DNA of 64,000 bases, from the IMG/VR virus record IMGVR_UViG_3300042922_001018; one strand, given 5' to 3'. Made by a program: the position numbers and the translations under genes. Below the pieces are notes generated by a model, which saw only the letters and a list, made by a program, of their open reading frames with translations, searched no databases and had not been told where the DNA came from. Below are positions 38,837 to 48,310 of the stretch, piece by piece; the first letter of the stretch is position 1; every line of letters begins with the position of its first letter. The DNA comes from a virus (lineage: Duplodnaviria > Heunggongvirae > Uroviricota > Caudoviricetes).

Positions 38837-39333
38837 CAGAACTTCATCTCCCACTGCGTGTTCGGCCCGCTGTTGCTGCGTACCGTCGCAGCTTCGTGCC
38901 AGTCGGACTCGATGTTTACGGCCTGGCTGCTGAACGTGTCGATGTCGTTCTCGATGCTCTTCAGCTTGCTGAAGTCGCCGCCGATGAAAGGCGCGCTCGC
39001 GAAGTCGAGACGTTCTGGGCCTTCCACTGCGATGAGACGCGTGCCGATGACTGTGCGTCCGTCATCGAGCGTCTCGGTCTCGAACACGAGTCCGGTGGCT
39101 TCGGGGTAGTATTCCCGAGTCCGCTCTGCGAGGACTTCAGGGAGCTGCTTGCGAAGCTCCTCCTGCTCGGTACGGTATCGCGTCCACGCCGAGCCGCTCC
39201 GGCCGAGGAACCGGTCTACGGCTGTCGTGTCGGTCACACTGATGGAGTCCAGTGTGACTTCCGGCATTCCGCCGGTCTTCTCGGCGAACTTGCCGTCGGT
39301 CGCGCGGGGGTGCTCAGATTCAGCGAATGTCAT
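38836..39333 (-). CDS. Tagged hypothetical protein (paralogue of the C-terminal half of 38135-38836)
   Basis: MTFAESEHPRATDGKFAEKTGGMPEVTL. DRFLGRS..WT.YR..QE.LRK.LP.VL. Confidence 0.8.
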   Translation of the reverse strand: MTFAESEHPRATDGKFAEKTGGMPEVTLDSISVTDTTAVDRFLGRSGSAWTRYRTEQEELRKQLPEVLAERTREYYPEATGLVFETETLDDGRTVIGTRLIAVEGPERLDFASAPFIGGDFSKLKSIENDIDTFSSQAVNIESDWHEAATVRSNSGPNTQWEMKF

Positions 39334-39614
39334 GACCTTGTGTAGGCGGAGCGCGTGTTGGCTGCGAGGGCTACCATGCCGGAGCCATCCACAGTTACCT
39401 GGCCGGAGGACTTCGCGTAGGTGAGGCCGTATTTGACCTGAGACATGGGAAGACGGAAGGACTTCGCAACCCGGTCGAAGAAGTCGGTGAGCCGCATCGG
39501 GTGACCGACGGTCACAAGCACTTCGACGATGTTCCCGGCTAGCTCGCCTAGGCGCGCCAATCGTGCTTCGTAGTGCATGTATTCGATGCCGTCAGGTACG
39601 CGGTTTCCCGTCAT
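39330..39614 (-). CDS. Hypothetical protein
   Basis: TACCAT-N7-ATG. ATGA overlap with the next gene. Confidence 0.55.
   Translation of the reverse strand: MTGNRVPDGIEYMHYEARLARLGELAGNIVEVLVTVGHPMRLTDFFDRVAKSFRLPMSQVKYGLTYAKSSGQVTVDGSGMVALAANTRSAYTRS
39341..39349 (-). promoter_or_regulatory. CCGCCTACA element (N7 to ATG 39333)
   Basis: Exact motif. Confidence 0.8.
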
Positions 39615-39641
39615 ACTCCGATGGTATCAGAAGCCTTCGGG

Positions 39642-40667
39642 TCAGTCGTTCTCGGCGACGTTGGTGACCTTGTTGTCGCTGCGGTACGCGCTCTTGACGA
39701 CGCCCGCTACCTCATCCCAGGAGCCGTAGCCACGCTGTGCGTCGAGCCGGACGGGGCTGTCTGGGGAGATGCGGGAGGTGATGGTGCCTTCGAGCTTCGC
39801 GTCCATGCCCCGCCCGTTCCACGGGTCGATGAGGAGGATGTACGGGTCGGTGAGCTGCACATCGCGCGCCGCGTCACGGTACGGCGAAGAGCCGGACATG
39901 CCGTATTCCTTCACGTCGTCGGTGGAGAGGATGCGAAGCTTCCACTGCTCGGATGCCTGGTGCTCGAAGTCGAGGCTGTTCTCGTTGATGAGCGTGGCGA
40001 TGGCTTCACGGTTCGTGTCGTTCATCTCCAGGCCAGCGTCAGTGAGGGTCTTCTCGAAGACGGCCGTGATAGCCTTCCGGCGCTCGTCTTCGTCTTCCTC
40101 ATCGGATGCTTCGCTGAGCGCGACGCCGAAGTCATCGTCATCTGTGACCGGGAACTGCATCAGCTTGCTCCGGGTAGCGCCAATGAGACCGTCCAGGATG
40201 TTGCTGTCGTCGTGCTCACGCACCCAGTCCTTCAGCTCGTCCTGGGTGTCGTAGTCGAGGTCATCCCATTCGTCGCTTCCGACGATGCCCTTGGCCAGCT
40301 CTTCGATGTACTCGAAGTCGTTGTCTTCGTCACCGATGACGTTCTCGTCAAGGGTCTCGTCGTCGCCGGTAAGGTAGGCATCAGCAGACTCATCGCTGAG
40401 TTCCTCGCCCTGGCTGATGTAGCGGATGGTAGGCTTCCACATCGGCGACTCCATGTGCTTCGCGGCGTTGGCCGCAGCGTCCGGGTAGTCCTCCAGAAGC
40501 TCATGAAGCTGCTCGTTCGCAGACTCCCATTCCGCGTTCGGCGCCGGGTTGGCCGCGATGATGGGGATGGGCTGAGTCGGGATGAGAGCGATTTCGGGGC
40601 CAGCGCCGAGCTTCTCGGCGAACTGTCCGTTGGTAGCGCGAGGGTGTGCGGCGGTGTCGAAAGTCAT
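39642..40667 (-). CDS. Tagged acidic hypothetical protein
   Basis: MTFDTAAHPRATNGQFAEKLGAGPEIAL. Confidence 0.8.
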   Translation of the reverse strand: MTFDTAAHPRATNGQFAEKLGAGPEIALIPTQPIPIIAANPAPNAEWESANEQLHELLEDYPDAAANAAKHMESPMWKPTIRYISQGEELSDESADAYLTGDDETLDENVIGDEDNDFEYIEELAKGIVGSDEWDDLDYDTQDELKDWVREHDDSNILDGLIGATRSKLMQFPVTDDDDFGVALSEASDEEDEDERRKAITAVFEKTLTDAGLEMNDTNREAIATLINENSLDFEHQASEQWKLRILSTDDVKEYGMSGSSPYRDAARDVQLTDPYILLIDPWNGRGMDAKLEGTITSRISPDSPVRLDAQRGYGSWDEVAGVVKSAYRSDNKVTNVAEND

Positions 40668-41233
40668 GCCTGCGTGTAGGCGGCGGTACGCACCCGAATC
40701 CACAACGCGATGGTCTCGTAGACCGAGATGAAGCTGCACTCGACGAAGCCGCGCGGGATAGAACTGAGGTCATAGAACAAGCAGGGGTCCATCTCGCCTG
40801 CCCGTGGGCCGCGAGCGACAACACGCTCCATCTCTACGGGCGCTACGTCAGGGAACGCACGGCGCATCGCCCGGATGGACCGCTCGTTGTATGGACGAAT
40901 GAGAGCCGCGAGAGGGAGTCCGAGGTCGCGCGCAGCTTCGGCGACTGCTCGCTTCAATGGCGCGTTGATGCCGGACCCTCGATAGGCGGGTGTGAGGACA
41001 GTCGTCGTCTGGTAGTGGGCGTGGCCGTTCACGGGAGCGAGAGCGAACAGACCGGCGTACTCGTCGCCCACCTGGATGCCCCAGAGACCAGGCTTCTCTG
41101 TTATGTGGTCGAGGTACTCACCGAATGTGTCGCATCCAGCGACCGGAGCGTCGTAGCCGTCTTTCAGACGTGCGAAAAGCGCTTCCTTGTCAGCTTTCGA
41201 GATGAGCGAGAACCGGCGTAGCTTCACTGTCAT
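40664..41233 (-). CDS. GNAT-family acetyltransferase
   Basis: LTPAYRGSGIN (motif A) and I.PYNERSIRAM (motif B). Confidence 0.75.
   Translation of the reverse strand: MTVKLRRFSLISKADKEALFARLKDGYDAPVAGCDTFGEYLDHITEKPGLWGIQVGDEYAGLFALAPVNGHAHYQTTTVLTPAYRGSGINAPLKRAVAEAARDLGLPLAALIRPYNERSIRAMRRAFPDVAPVEMERVVARGPRAGEMDPCLFYDLSSIPRGFVECSFISVYETIALWIRVRTAAYTQA
40675..40683 (-). promoter_or_regulatory. CCGCCTACA element (N7 to ATG 40667)
   Basis: Exact motif. Confidence 0.8.
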
Positions 41234-41240
41234 GAGCGCC

Positions 41241-41249
41241 TGTAGGCGG
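41241..41249 (-). promoter_or_regulatory. CCGCCTACA element (N7 to ATG 41233)
   Basis: Exact motif. Confidence 0.8.
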
Positions 41250-41273
41250 AGAAATCCGCCCGTAACACAGGGG

Positions 41274-41474
41274 TTACGTCGGCGTCACGGTGAGCAGCTT
41301 GCACCCTCGTCCGCACTCGGAGAAGTTCTGGAAGGTCGCTGCGAGAGCGGCGTTTCCACGGTGATGCTGCACGAACCGGTGTACGGGCGTGTCGCTGGGC
41401 AGACCTTGGTCCTTGCAGTGCTTCTCGTACTCTTCGAGGAGCGCGAGGGCGCGCTGGATGCGATGTTCGCTCAT
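41274..41474 (-). CDS. Hypothetical protein
   Basis: Small ORF in cluster. Confidence 0.45.
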   Translation of the reverse strand: MSEHRIQRALALLEEYEKHCKDQGLPSDTPVHRFVQHHRGNAALAATFQNFSECGRGCKLLTVTPT

Positions 41475-41482
41475 GGTCGGCC

Positions 41483-41812
41483 TCAGAGGTTGTTGAACTC
41501 GACGCCGAGGTCCGGGTACCGGACGGTAGCCGGGTTCTCACGCAGCTCTTCATCCGTTTCCAGGCCGAGAGCCTGGCCGAGGAAATACTTCATGCCGTAC
41601 GCCGCGGCCAGCGGGTCGTATCCGTTCCCGAAGGACTTCAGTCGGACAGCGCGTACGGCGCCGATGACTTCGTTGCGTTCCTCGACCATCCGGGAGAGTT
41701 CGGCGACTCGCGCGTCGTTGAACAGACGCGCGACATCTACGGCCTTGTCTGCATCTTCGGGAGAGAGACCGGCCTTGATGAGTTCATCGCGGAGGAAGGG
41801 GACTCGTGGCAT
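41483..41812 (-). CDS. Hypothetical protein
   Basis: TAGGAT-N6-ATG. Confidence 0.6.
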   Translation of the reverse strand: MPRVPFLRDELIKAGLSPEDADKAVDVARLFNDARVAELSRMVEERNEVIGAVRAVRLKSFGNGYDPLAAAYGMKYFLGQALGLETDEELRENPATVRYPDLGVEFNNL

Positions 41813-41827
41813 GGGTCCATCCTAGCA

Positions 41828-42028
41828 TCACTCGTATCGCGAAACAAGCGGGCCTTGCGTGTCATGCTCAGAGGCGTATTGAGGGGCAAGAACTAGTGCG
41901 ACGGGGACCAGCTCGATGACCCCATTCGGCTTGACGGTGACACGGTATGTGTCATGGTCAGCGTAGCGCCCTAGAGAGATGCGCGCACGCTCGTCTAGGG
42001 ACACCACCCCTCTGCTCCGCTTAGCCAC
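41828..42028 (-). CDS. AbrB/SpoVT-like small DNA-binding protein
   Basis: VSLDERARISL...YRV....GVIELVP swapped-hairpin pattern. Confidence 0.55.
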   Translation of the reverse strand: MAKRSRGVVSLDERARISLGRYADHDTYRVTVKPNGVIELVPVALVLAPQYASEHDTQGPLVSRYE

Positions 42029-42059
42029 TGGCTGAGTCTACCATACGCCGAATCGGCGG

Positions 42060-43745
42060 TCAGTCCACGTGGTAGGCAGCGTAAACAGCATACCCGCCTG
42101 CTGTGCCGACGAGAACCTCATCGGTATCGAAACTGAAGTCGTCCTCGTCCTTTTCCTCATCCGGGACTGAACCGTCATCGTTCAGCTTCTTGAAGATGAA
42201 CATGATGTCAACGATTTCGGTGTACGCGGCCTCACCGGCCCAGTCGTCGAAGCAGTAGGGCTGTTCCTCTCCGTGGTCCCGTGCTTCGAGGCTGCCGCGC
42301 TTGGTCTGACGCATGCTGACAGACGGGAACTCACGCTTGCAGAACTCGAAGTCACCGTCCCGGCGCAGTTTTGCGTTGACGACGATGTTCTTCCGGTTGC
42401 TGCTCAGGCGCACGGAGATGGACGCCGGGTCAATCTCCTCGAAGCCCTTGAAGACGGGGGTATGTCCCGCAATCCACATCTCGTGGCCGTCTTCGTGTTC
42501 TTCGATGTCCTCCAGCGGGATACGGTACTCGTGCTCGTACGCGTTGTTCTCGTACGAGCGCACCTGGACGTCCAGGTAGACGTAGTGCTTCTTGCCACCG
42601 TGAGTGAAGGTGTGGACCGGCTTCTTGCCTGCCGAAGAGAACGCCTGAGCGTCTCGGCCTTCCAGCTTGTATTCCGAGACGAGGAGCGCGAACTGATGAT
42701 GAGCGACATCCGAGGCGCCAGGGGCGAACTCCTCATCGGTTGCGGTCAGGCCGTCTGAGATGTCAGGGACCGGCTCGACACGGCGGTATTTGGTCGTGAA
42801 CTGCGGAACCGCGCGCAGAGGCTCGGCCGTGCGGACCGTCTCGAAGTCGATGACCAGCTTCTCGGCTGTCGCATCGAACGTGACGACGGGTTTGCCTTGG
42901 ACTGCGTAGCCGTTCAACGGTATACGACCACCGTGAGTGCGGTGGCCGTTCCCGATGTCATGGGCGATGGCATCGAAGTAGCCCTGGAGGCCGACACGGA
43001 AACGCTGCGAGAACGTGCCGTCTGCGTTCTTACCGAGGTGCTCGACTTCGGGCGCCGATGCGGATTTTGCTTTGAAGTTCGCCGATGCCGGAACGGGAAC
43101 CGGTTCCGAGATGATGACCATGCCGTTTCCCAAGTCGCGTGCGGTGGAACCAGGCGCGAACTGGGACGGGGTGACCGGCGTCAGGTTCTCGTCGATAATC
43201 CCGAGGACGGCTTCGAGAGGCTGGGCGGTGCGTTCCTCGACGTAAGCGTAGAACGCTTTGCCGTCTCGGTAGAACGTCAGCAGCGGCTCCTTGTAGGCGA
43301 AGCCGGGGATTTCTTTCTCTTCGTCCCGGACGACAACGAACAACGACTCGCCCTTCGACGGGGTTGCCGTCGGCTGCCATTCCGCGCTCTGCGGGTCCAC
43401 TCCCTCAGCGATGTCAGGGACAGCCACCATCTTGCGTTCACCGTGCGCGACAGTACGAGCGCGTGACGTGTAGATATCGCCACGGGCGGCGGGCTTCGAG
43501 GGCACGAGGTCGGCATCAGCCACCTCCGCCGGGATGCCGAGGAGCGTGAGCGGTTCATCGGTGCGCTCGACGGTGAACGCGACGTACAGCACCTCGTCCT
43601 TGCGGTCGTACTGCGCGGTGAGACCGCGAAGGTCGGTGTAACCGGTCAGCGGGATGGCTCCACCATACAGCGACTCAGGTGCTTTGTGGCGCGCGCCGAA
43701 GAAGGCGTGCAGCGGGATGCCGAGCTTTTTACCGTAGCGTTGCAT
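42060..43745 (-). CDS. Hypothetical protein with internal repeats
   Basis: Long ORF with repeated GG.IPL.GY......YD/FD...E.L.I.F...RT.EPL segments. Confidence 0.7.
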   Translation of the reverse strand: MQRYGKKLGIPLHAFFGARHKAPESLYGGAIPLTGYTDLRGLTAQYDRKDEVLYVAFTVERTDEPLTLLGIPAEVADADLVPSKPAARGDIYTSRARTVAHGERKMVAVPDIAEGVDPQSAEWQPTATPSKGESLFVVVRDEEKEIPGFAYKEPLLTFYRDGKAFYAYVEERTAQPLEAVLGIIDENLTPVTPSQFAPGSTARDLGNGMVIISEPVPVPASANFKAKSASAPEVEHLGKNADGTFSQRFRVGLQGYFDAIAHDIGNGHRTHGGRIPLNGYAVQGKPVVTFDATAEKLVIDFETVRTAEPLRAVPQFTTKYRRVEPVPDISDGLTATDEEFAPGASDVAHHQFALLVSEYKLEGRDAQAFSSAGKKPVHTFTHGGKKHYVYLDVQVRSYENNAYEHEYRIPLEDIEEHEDGHEMWIAGHTPVFKGFEEIDPASISVRLSSNRKNIVVNAKLRRDGDFEFCKREFPSVSMRQTKRGSLEARDHGEEQPYCFDDWAGEAAYTEIVDIMFIFKKLNDDGSVPDEEKDEDDFSFDTDEVLVGTAGGYAVYAAYHVD

Positions 43746-43772
43746 GGATGTCTTCCGGTTCTCGTCTCAGGA

Positions 43773-43812
43773 AGAGACGGCTTCACGACGAGTGTATCGT
43801 GAAGCCGTCTCT
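43773..43812. terminator. 16-bp inverted repeat overlapping a TTGACA-N18-TACACT promoter
   Basis: agagacggcttcacga / tcgtgaagccgtctct. Confidence 0.55.
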
Positions 43813-43834
43813 CTTGTCAAGCCGTCAGGCAGAC

Positions 43835-44218
43835 TTACCAGGCCTTCTCAGCCGCGCGGACGGTCTTCTTGTAGAGGCGTCCGTTCTTCCCGTACGGGTC
43901 GAGTACGTCTTTCAGCAGCTCGAAGGCGAGGTCGCGGCGGGATGCCACGACTACGTCGTTCTTGGCGAACCACCAGTTGTTCGGGACCGGGATGCTCGCG
44001 GTATCGAGCGAAGCAATCACTTCGTCCGAGACGGAATTCTCTTCCTGGTGTTCAACCGCCCATCGCGAGATGTGCTCGCGGTGAGGTTCGATGTGGACGC
44101 CGAAGATGTAGAGAGACCCGACCCGCTCAACTTCGACGCGCTTCGCGGAGCGGAGCTTCATCAGGTTGCTTTCCTCGAAGTTCGCGCGTGTGGCGAACGG
44201 GAAATCGGTGGTTGTCAT
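43835..44218 (-). CDS. Hypothetical protein
   Basis: RBS GAAGGAG before MTTTDF. Confidence 0.65.
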   Translation of the reverse strand: MTTTDFPFATRANFEESNLMKLRSAKRVEVERVGSLYIFGVHIEPHREHISRWAVEHQEENSVSDEVIASLDTASIPVPNNWWFAKNDVVVASRRDLAFELLKDVLDPYGKNGRLYKKTVRAAEKAW

Positions 44219-44256
44219 CGTTCTCTCCTTCAGTTGTGTGCTGTGCCTGACGGGTG

Positions 44257-44463
44257 TCAGGGCACCGTACCCTGGACCGGAGCGGTGGGCACCGGCTGGG
44301 GGACGACCTGGGGGACGAGCGCGGGGCCGAGTGTGAACGCGAGCGCGAAGATAACCAGCGCGACGATGACCCATACGATGATACGCAGGAGCCTCTGTCG
44401 TGCTGTGTTCTCCTCCCCTTCAGGGGGAAGGAACACTCCGCTACGCTTGCTCTTCTTAGCCAT
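44257..44463 (-). CDS. Small single-TM protein
   Basis: TAGACT-N6-ATG. One hydrophobic helix. Confidence 0.6.
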   Translation of the reverse strand: MAKKSKRSGVFLPPEGEENTARQRLLRIIVWVIVALVIFALAFTLGPALVPQVVPQPVPTAPVQGTVP

Positions 44464-44480
44464 GGCGCCAGTCTACACTA

Positions 44481-45362
44481 TTACTTCGCACGCGAGCTGC
44501 GAGTTGCCGTAGCCGTTTTCTTCCCGGTGGCGGCGGTTGCGCGCTTGGTGGTACCGTTCGCTCCGATAGCCCCATTGGTCCGTTTCGCTGCGGCTCGGGC
44601 GGGCTTCTTGCGGGTAGCGGTGCCGCCCGCCTTGGGAGCGGGCGCTTTGCGCGGTGCACGCGGAGCTTTCGCGCTCTCCTGGGTGGTGCCGATGTGCCAT
44701 TGCGGCTTCGACGACGGAGACAGATAGTCGAGGGGTTCGGAGAGAGCTGCCACCCGAGCGAACTCTTTCAGGTACTCCGCGGCAACGGCCGGGTCATGAA
44801 TCTCGATGGCGTTCTCAATGCTGGACGACGCGTTGACCGTCCAGTTGAATGAGCCGGTCCATACGGCGGTCGGCTTGCCGCCCGTGAGACGTACTGCGAA
44901 CTTGTGGTGCATCAGCGGAGAGTTCTGCACGCGGGCGCCTGTGTGACCGACGCAGCGTACCGGGTCGATGATGTCGCTGCGCGTCTGGTACATCCGGTTG
45001 AGTGGCTCCGGGAAGTCGCGGCGCCGGAGGCCACCGACGAGACGCGTCAGGCTCTCCCGCTGCCGGGCGGCGGAGACGCGGCCGGTCGGCTTCAGGAAGG
45101 GTTCCTTGTTGACGATGAGCGCGACGGGGCGCTGCGAGAGCAGGTCGATGAAGTCTCTTGCCGATACCCAGGCGATGCAGCCGACGATTGCTTCGGACTC
45201 CGCGATGAACTTCATCAGCGCGGGGCGAAGGTCACCGAAGTGGGTGACTACCTTGGCGGGCTTGACGTGCGTGGTGTCGCGGTGCCGCTCGAACCAGTCG
45301 TAGTCACTGCGCTCCTTCGAAGTCGGCGAGACATTGTTCAGGTCGTACATCATGCGTGGCAC
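44481..45362 (-). CDS. Phospholipase D-like nuclease with Lys/Ala-rich tail
   Basis: MHHKF...WTGSFNWT...ENA motif and a basic low-complexity C-terminus. Confidence 0.8.
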   Translation of the reverse strand: MPRMMYDLNNVSPTSKERSDYDWFERHRDTTHVKPAKVVTHFGDLRPALMKFIAESEAIVGCIAWVSARDFIDLLSQRPVALIVNKEPFLKPTGRVSAARQRESLTRLVGGLRRRDFPEPLNRMYQTRSDIIDPVRCVGHTGARVQNSPLMHHKFAVRLTGGKPTAVWTGSFNWTVNASSSIENAIEIHDPAVAAEYLKEFARVAALSEPLDYLSPSSKPQWHIGTTQESAKAPRAPRKAPAPKAGGTATRKKPARAAAKRTNGAIGANGTTKRATAATGKKTATATRSSRAK

Positions 45363-45386
45363 TAGGCCAGCATATCAACCGACCCG

Positions 45387-45719
45387 TCAGGTGCCGGACG
45401 CGGGGAACCGTTCTTCCCACTGTGCGAAGGTGTACCGGTTCACTGTCACCTTGTCCACAGCCTCACGCGCCTTCTCCAGCGCTTCCTCGAACGTGTTCCA
45501 GCGATACTGCCGGAACTGGTACCGCTCGGGCCATGCCCAGTTGCCCGCTCGCGAGAGCCACTGCGAACCGTGCTTGACGGCGTAGCCCCCGGCTCCGTCC
45601 TCCGTCTTGTTGCCCCGCCACTCAACGATGAGAGCGAAGGCATGAGCTTCATGATGGTCGATGGGCATGCCCGTGGGCAGCACCATGTACTGCTTGATGA
45701 TTTCAGCTCGTTCGCTCAT
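45387..45719 (-). CDS. Hypothetical protein
   Basis: ATGA-coupled to the paralogue array. Confidence 0.6.
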   Translation of the reverse strand: MSERAEIIKQYMVLPTGMPIDHHEAHAFALIVEWRGNKTEDGAGGYAVKHGSQWLSRAGNWAWPERYQFRQYRWNTFEEALEKAREAVDKVTVNRYTFAQWEERFPASGT

Positions 45720-46360
45720 AGCAGGCTCGCTCCTAGTTCAGCCGGGATGCCTTCATGGTACAGCCGCACTACGGTCTTCGCGTTCTCTCGGTTCAGGGCT
45801 GCCCTGGGGAGAAGAGATGCGGCGTAATCGCTGGGGACGTTCGCCTCGTTCAACGTCATGACAGCGAGTGCCTCTTCAGGCTGAGCAACGGGGCGGCGCT
45901 GCCAGCTCTCGTGCATCACATCGCAGGCGTACACAGGTGAGACCGTCGCGTTCATCTGGACGTAGAACGCGCGCCAACCCTCGTCTTCGAGCTGCTGCAA
46001 GAGGCCGTACAGTTTGTTCCGACGCTGGCAGAGGCTCTGGTGGAACCGTCGGCCCAGGTACTCAGCCTCCAGTTCGGCTTGCGAAATCCATGACGAAGAA
46101 CTGAGGAATGCTTTCAGCCGCGCAGTCGCAGACCGCACATTCCCGATGGCTGTCGCATCGTCGTGAGTGGGGAGTACCGAGACGACTTCGGGAGCTTCGA
46201 GCAAGCCGTAACCCGCATACCGGCGCGCGACCACGGATAGACCATGTAAGCGTGAGAAGGCGCGCTCGCGTACAGTGTCATTCACCCCGGTGAACGCGAC
46301 GGTGACATCGAGCAGCATCGCGTACCATTCCGCGACGAGGCTAGTGTAGGCCTTGTTCAT
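45716..46360 (-). CDS. G[VI]PxEY family protein (array member 5)
   Basis: ANVPSDYA...EGIPAELG. Confidence 0.7.
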   Translation of the reverse strand: MNKAYTSLVAEWYAMLLDVTVAFTGVNDTVRERAFSRLHGLSVVARRYAGYGLLEAPEVVSVLPTHDDATAIGNVRSATARLKAFLSSSSWISQAELEAEYLGRRFHQSLCQRRNKLYGLLQQLEDEGWRAFYVQMNATVSPVYACDVMHESWQRRPVAQPEEALAVMTLNEANVPSDYAASLLPRAALNRENAKTVVRLYHEGIPAELGASLL

Positions 46361-46995
46361 GCAATGCTCGCAGCGAACTCTGCGGGGATGCCTTCCGCAT
46401 ACATCGCTTTCATCTGAGCGAGCTTCTCTTCGATGACGAGAGACTCGGGCGAGATGACACTGGCGATGTAACCGGCCGGGATACCCGCAGCATACAGGTC
46501 TATGATGGCCTGGGCCTGTCCAGGCGTTGCCAGCGGGCGAGTCTGCGGACTTTTGCCGAGGATGGTGGCGTAGAACTCAGTGGGGATGGTGCCTTCCATC
46601 TCGTATCGCAGCATGTTGACGTGGCGAAGGTCTTTGCGGAGTTGGAAGAGCTTGTTCCAGCGGAGGTCGAGCTTCCGTTGGAAGTCGTATCGGCCAGGCC
46701 CGTGAACGTCGCTGGGGTACTCGACATAGCTTCCAGCGCTGATGACCGCATTCAGCCGTTCCAGGGCGTTAGAAGCCATCTGGGCGGCTCCTGCGGCTGG
46801 AATCTTCCCCATATCCTTCCTCGTTGTGAGAATAGGGGTGTGCAGCTCATCACGGTACTCGTTGCTGAGGCGCCCCAGACTGGCAGCGCGGGCTAAGACG
46901 TTCACGCGCTGACTGTCACTGGCTGAGCCGAAGACCCAGGCCACATGGATGAGCGTGCGGTGGCAGTCGATGAGGTAAGCGTTCAGCTCAGTCAC
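46357..46995 (-). CDS. G[VI]PxEY family protein (array member 4)
   Basis: AGIPAGYI...EGIPAEFA. Confidence 0.7.
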   Translation of the reverse strand: MTELNAYLIDCHRTLIHVAWVFGSASDSQRVNVLARAASLGRLSNEYRDELHTPILTTRKDMGKIPAAGAAQMASNALERLNAVISAGSYVEYPSDVHGPGRYDFQRKLDLRWNKLFQLRKDLRHVNMLRYEMEGTIPTEFYATILGKSPQTRPLATPGQAQAIIDLYAAGIPAGYIASVISPESLVIEEKLAQMKAMYAEGIPAEFAASIA

Positions 46996-47633
46996 ACCAT
47001 CACCCCCGCGTACTCGGCCGGGAGACCTTCCCGGTACGCTGACGTTACACGCTCGGCACGCTCTACGTCAAGCGAATCTGGGTCGATGACCGTGAGGATG
47101 TACTCAGCGGGGACGCCGGACTCGTAGAGACAGGTGAGCGCAGCCAACACCGGTCGGATGTTCTCAGGCGAGATGGAGTGCGACGTGACTGTCAGCGCGT
47201 ACTCATGGGGAACACGCGCCGCGAACTGGTGCGAGTGGAGCGCGGTTTCATGTGACCGCAGCGATGTGTATAGCCTGCCGAGCTGCCGCGTCTGCTGGGC
47301 CATTCCGCGGATGAACTCCACAGTGCCAGGCGTCGGTGCGGCCTCCAGGAACATGGTGTTCGCCCTCTGCCGGAGCGCCACAAGCCGGGCGAAGGCACGC
47401 TCCCCGTTCGCAATCGCTTCTCGCCTATCTGTCTGCGGGAGTACGACTTCTTCGGGGAGAGGCTGGCACCCGAGGACACCAACACTGCGGTTCCCATGAG
47501 CGACCAGCTCTTCGAGGAGCCGGGTGGTTCGCTGCCGGAGGGCGGCATTCACGGGACCGTAGACTGCGAGGACATCCACTAGTGTGGCGTGCCATTCCGC
47601 CAACAGCTCGGAGAACTCTTGGGGCGTGCTCAC
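46992..47633 (-). CDS. G[VI]PxEY family protein (array member 3)
   Basis: GTGA overlap. SGVPAEYI...EGLPAEYA. Confidence 0.7.
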   Translation of the reverse strand: MSTPQEFSELLAEWHATLVDVLAVYGPVNAALRQRTTRLLEELVAHGNRSVGVLGCQPLPEEVVLPQTDRREAIANGERAFARLVALRQRANTMFLEAAPTPGTVEFIRGMAQQTRQLGRLYTSLRSHETALHSHQFAARVPHEYALTVTSHSISPENIRPVLAALTCLYESGVPAEYILTVIDPDSLDVERAERVTSAYREGLPAEYAGVMV

Positions 47634-48310
47634 AGGAGTTCTCGTGCGTATTCGGCGGGGATACCGTCGTTGTATGCATCCAGAACTCGTTTCGCGCTTC
47701 GGAGCGAAGGGTTCTCGGTCCAGGGGACGACCATCCGCATGTAGTCCGCAGGAACACCGGCATGGAACAGTTCGAGGGTCAGACGGCACACGGCGTACCC
47801 GGTGACGCGAGCTGTCTCGTACCCGCAAGTTTCGCGGAAGTCTTCGGGGATGGTCGCGAGAACTTCTGTCCGCCAGGCCTGCGTGCGCGTCTGCATCGCT
47901 TCGCTGTTCAGGCGGCTGAGGTCACTGATACGGGAACTGATGTCGCGGGTGTGTGCTTCGAAAATCTCGAACTGGTCGGGCGAGAGTTCGTCGTACATGG
48001 CGTACTCGAAGTCGGGGTAGAAGTTCATGAGCGCTTGGTGGGTCTTCTCCAAGCGTCGGTATACGCTGTCCGCAGCAGTCCCCAGGCCGGGCAGGGGAGC
48101 CGTAGACGGGCTGCGTACCTGGATGACGGGGAACCCGTAGAACGCGAAACGTTCACAAGTCCCCACGACGCCCCCTGCCATCTTCGCGGCGTTCTGGGAG
48201 AGAGTTGTGCCGCCGCGGACGTTCCTGTACACCTCGCTGGTGTCGATGAGACCGTCATACCAGTCCTGGACGTGGCTAGCTACACTCGCCCACGTAGTCG
48301 CGTCAGTCAC
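47630..48310 (-). CDS. G[VI]PxEY family protein (array member 2)
   Basis: AGVPADYM...DGIPAEYA. Confidence 0.7.
   Translation of the reverse strand: MTDATTWASVASHVQDWYDGLIDTSEVYRNVRGGTTLSQNAAKMAGGVVGTCERFAFYGFPVIQVRSPSTAPLPGLGTAADSVYRRLEKTHQALMNFYPDFEYAMYDELSPDQFEIFEAHTRDISSRISDLSRLNSEAMQTRTQAWRTEVLATIPEDFRETCGYETARVTGYAVCRLTLELFHAGVPADYMRMVVPWTENPSLRSAKRVLDAYNDGIPAEYARELL

Noticed and set aside
45451-45459. Isolated TTGTCCACA DnaA boxes (also 12258-12266)
   Set aside because: Single occurrences in or at coding sequence are compatible with chance.
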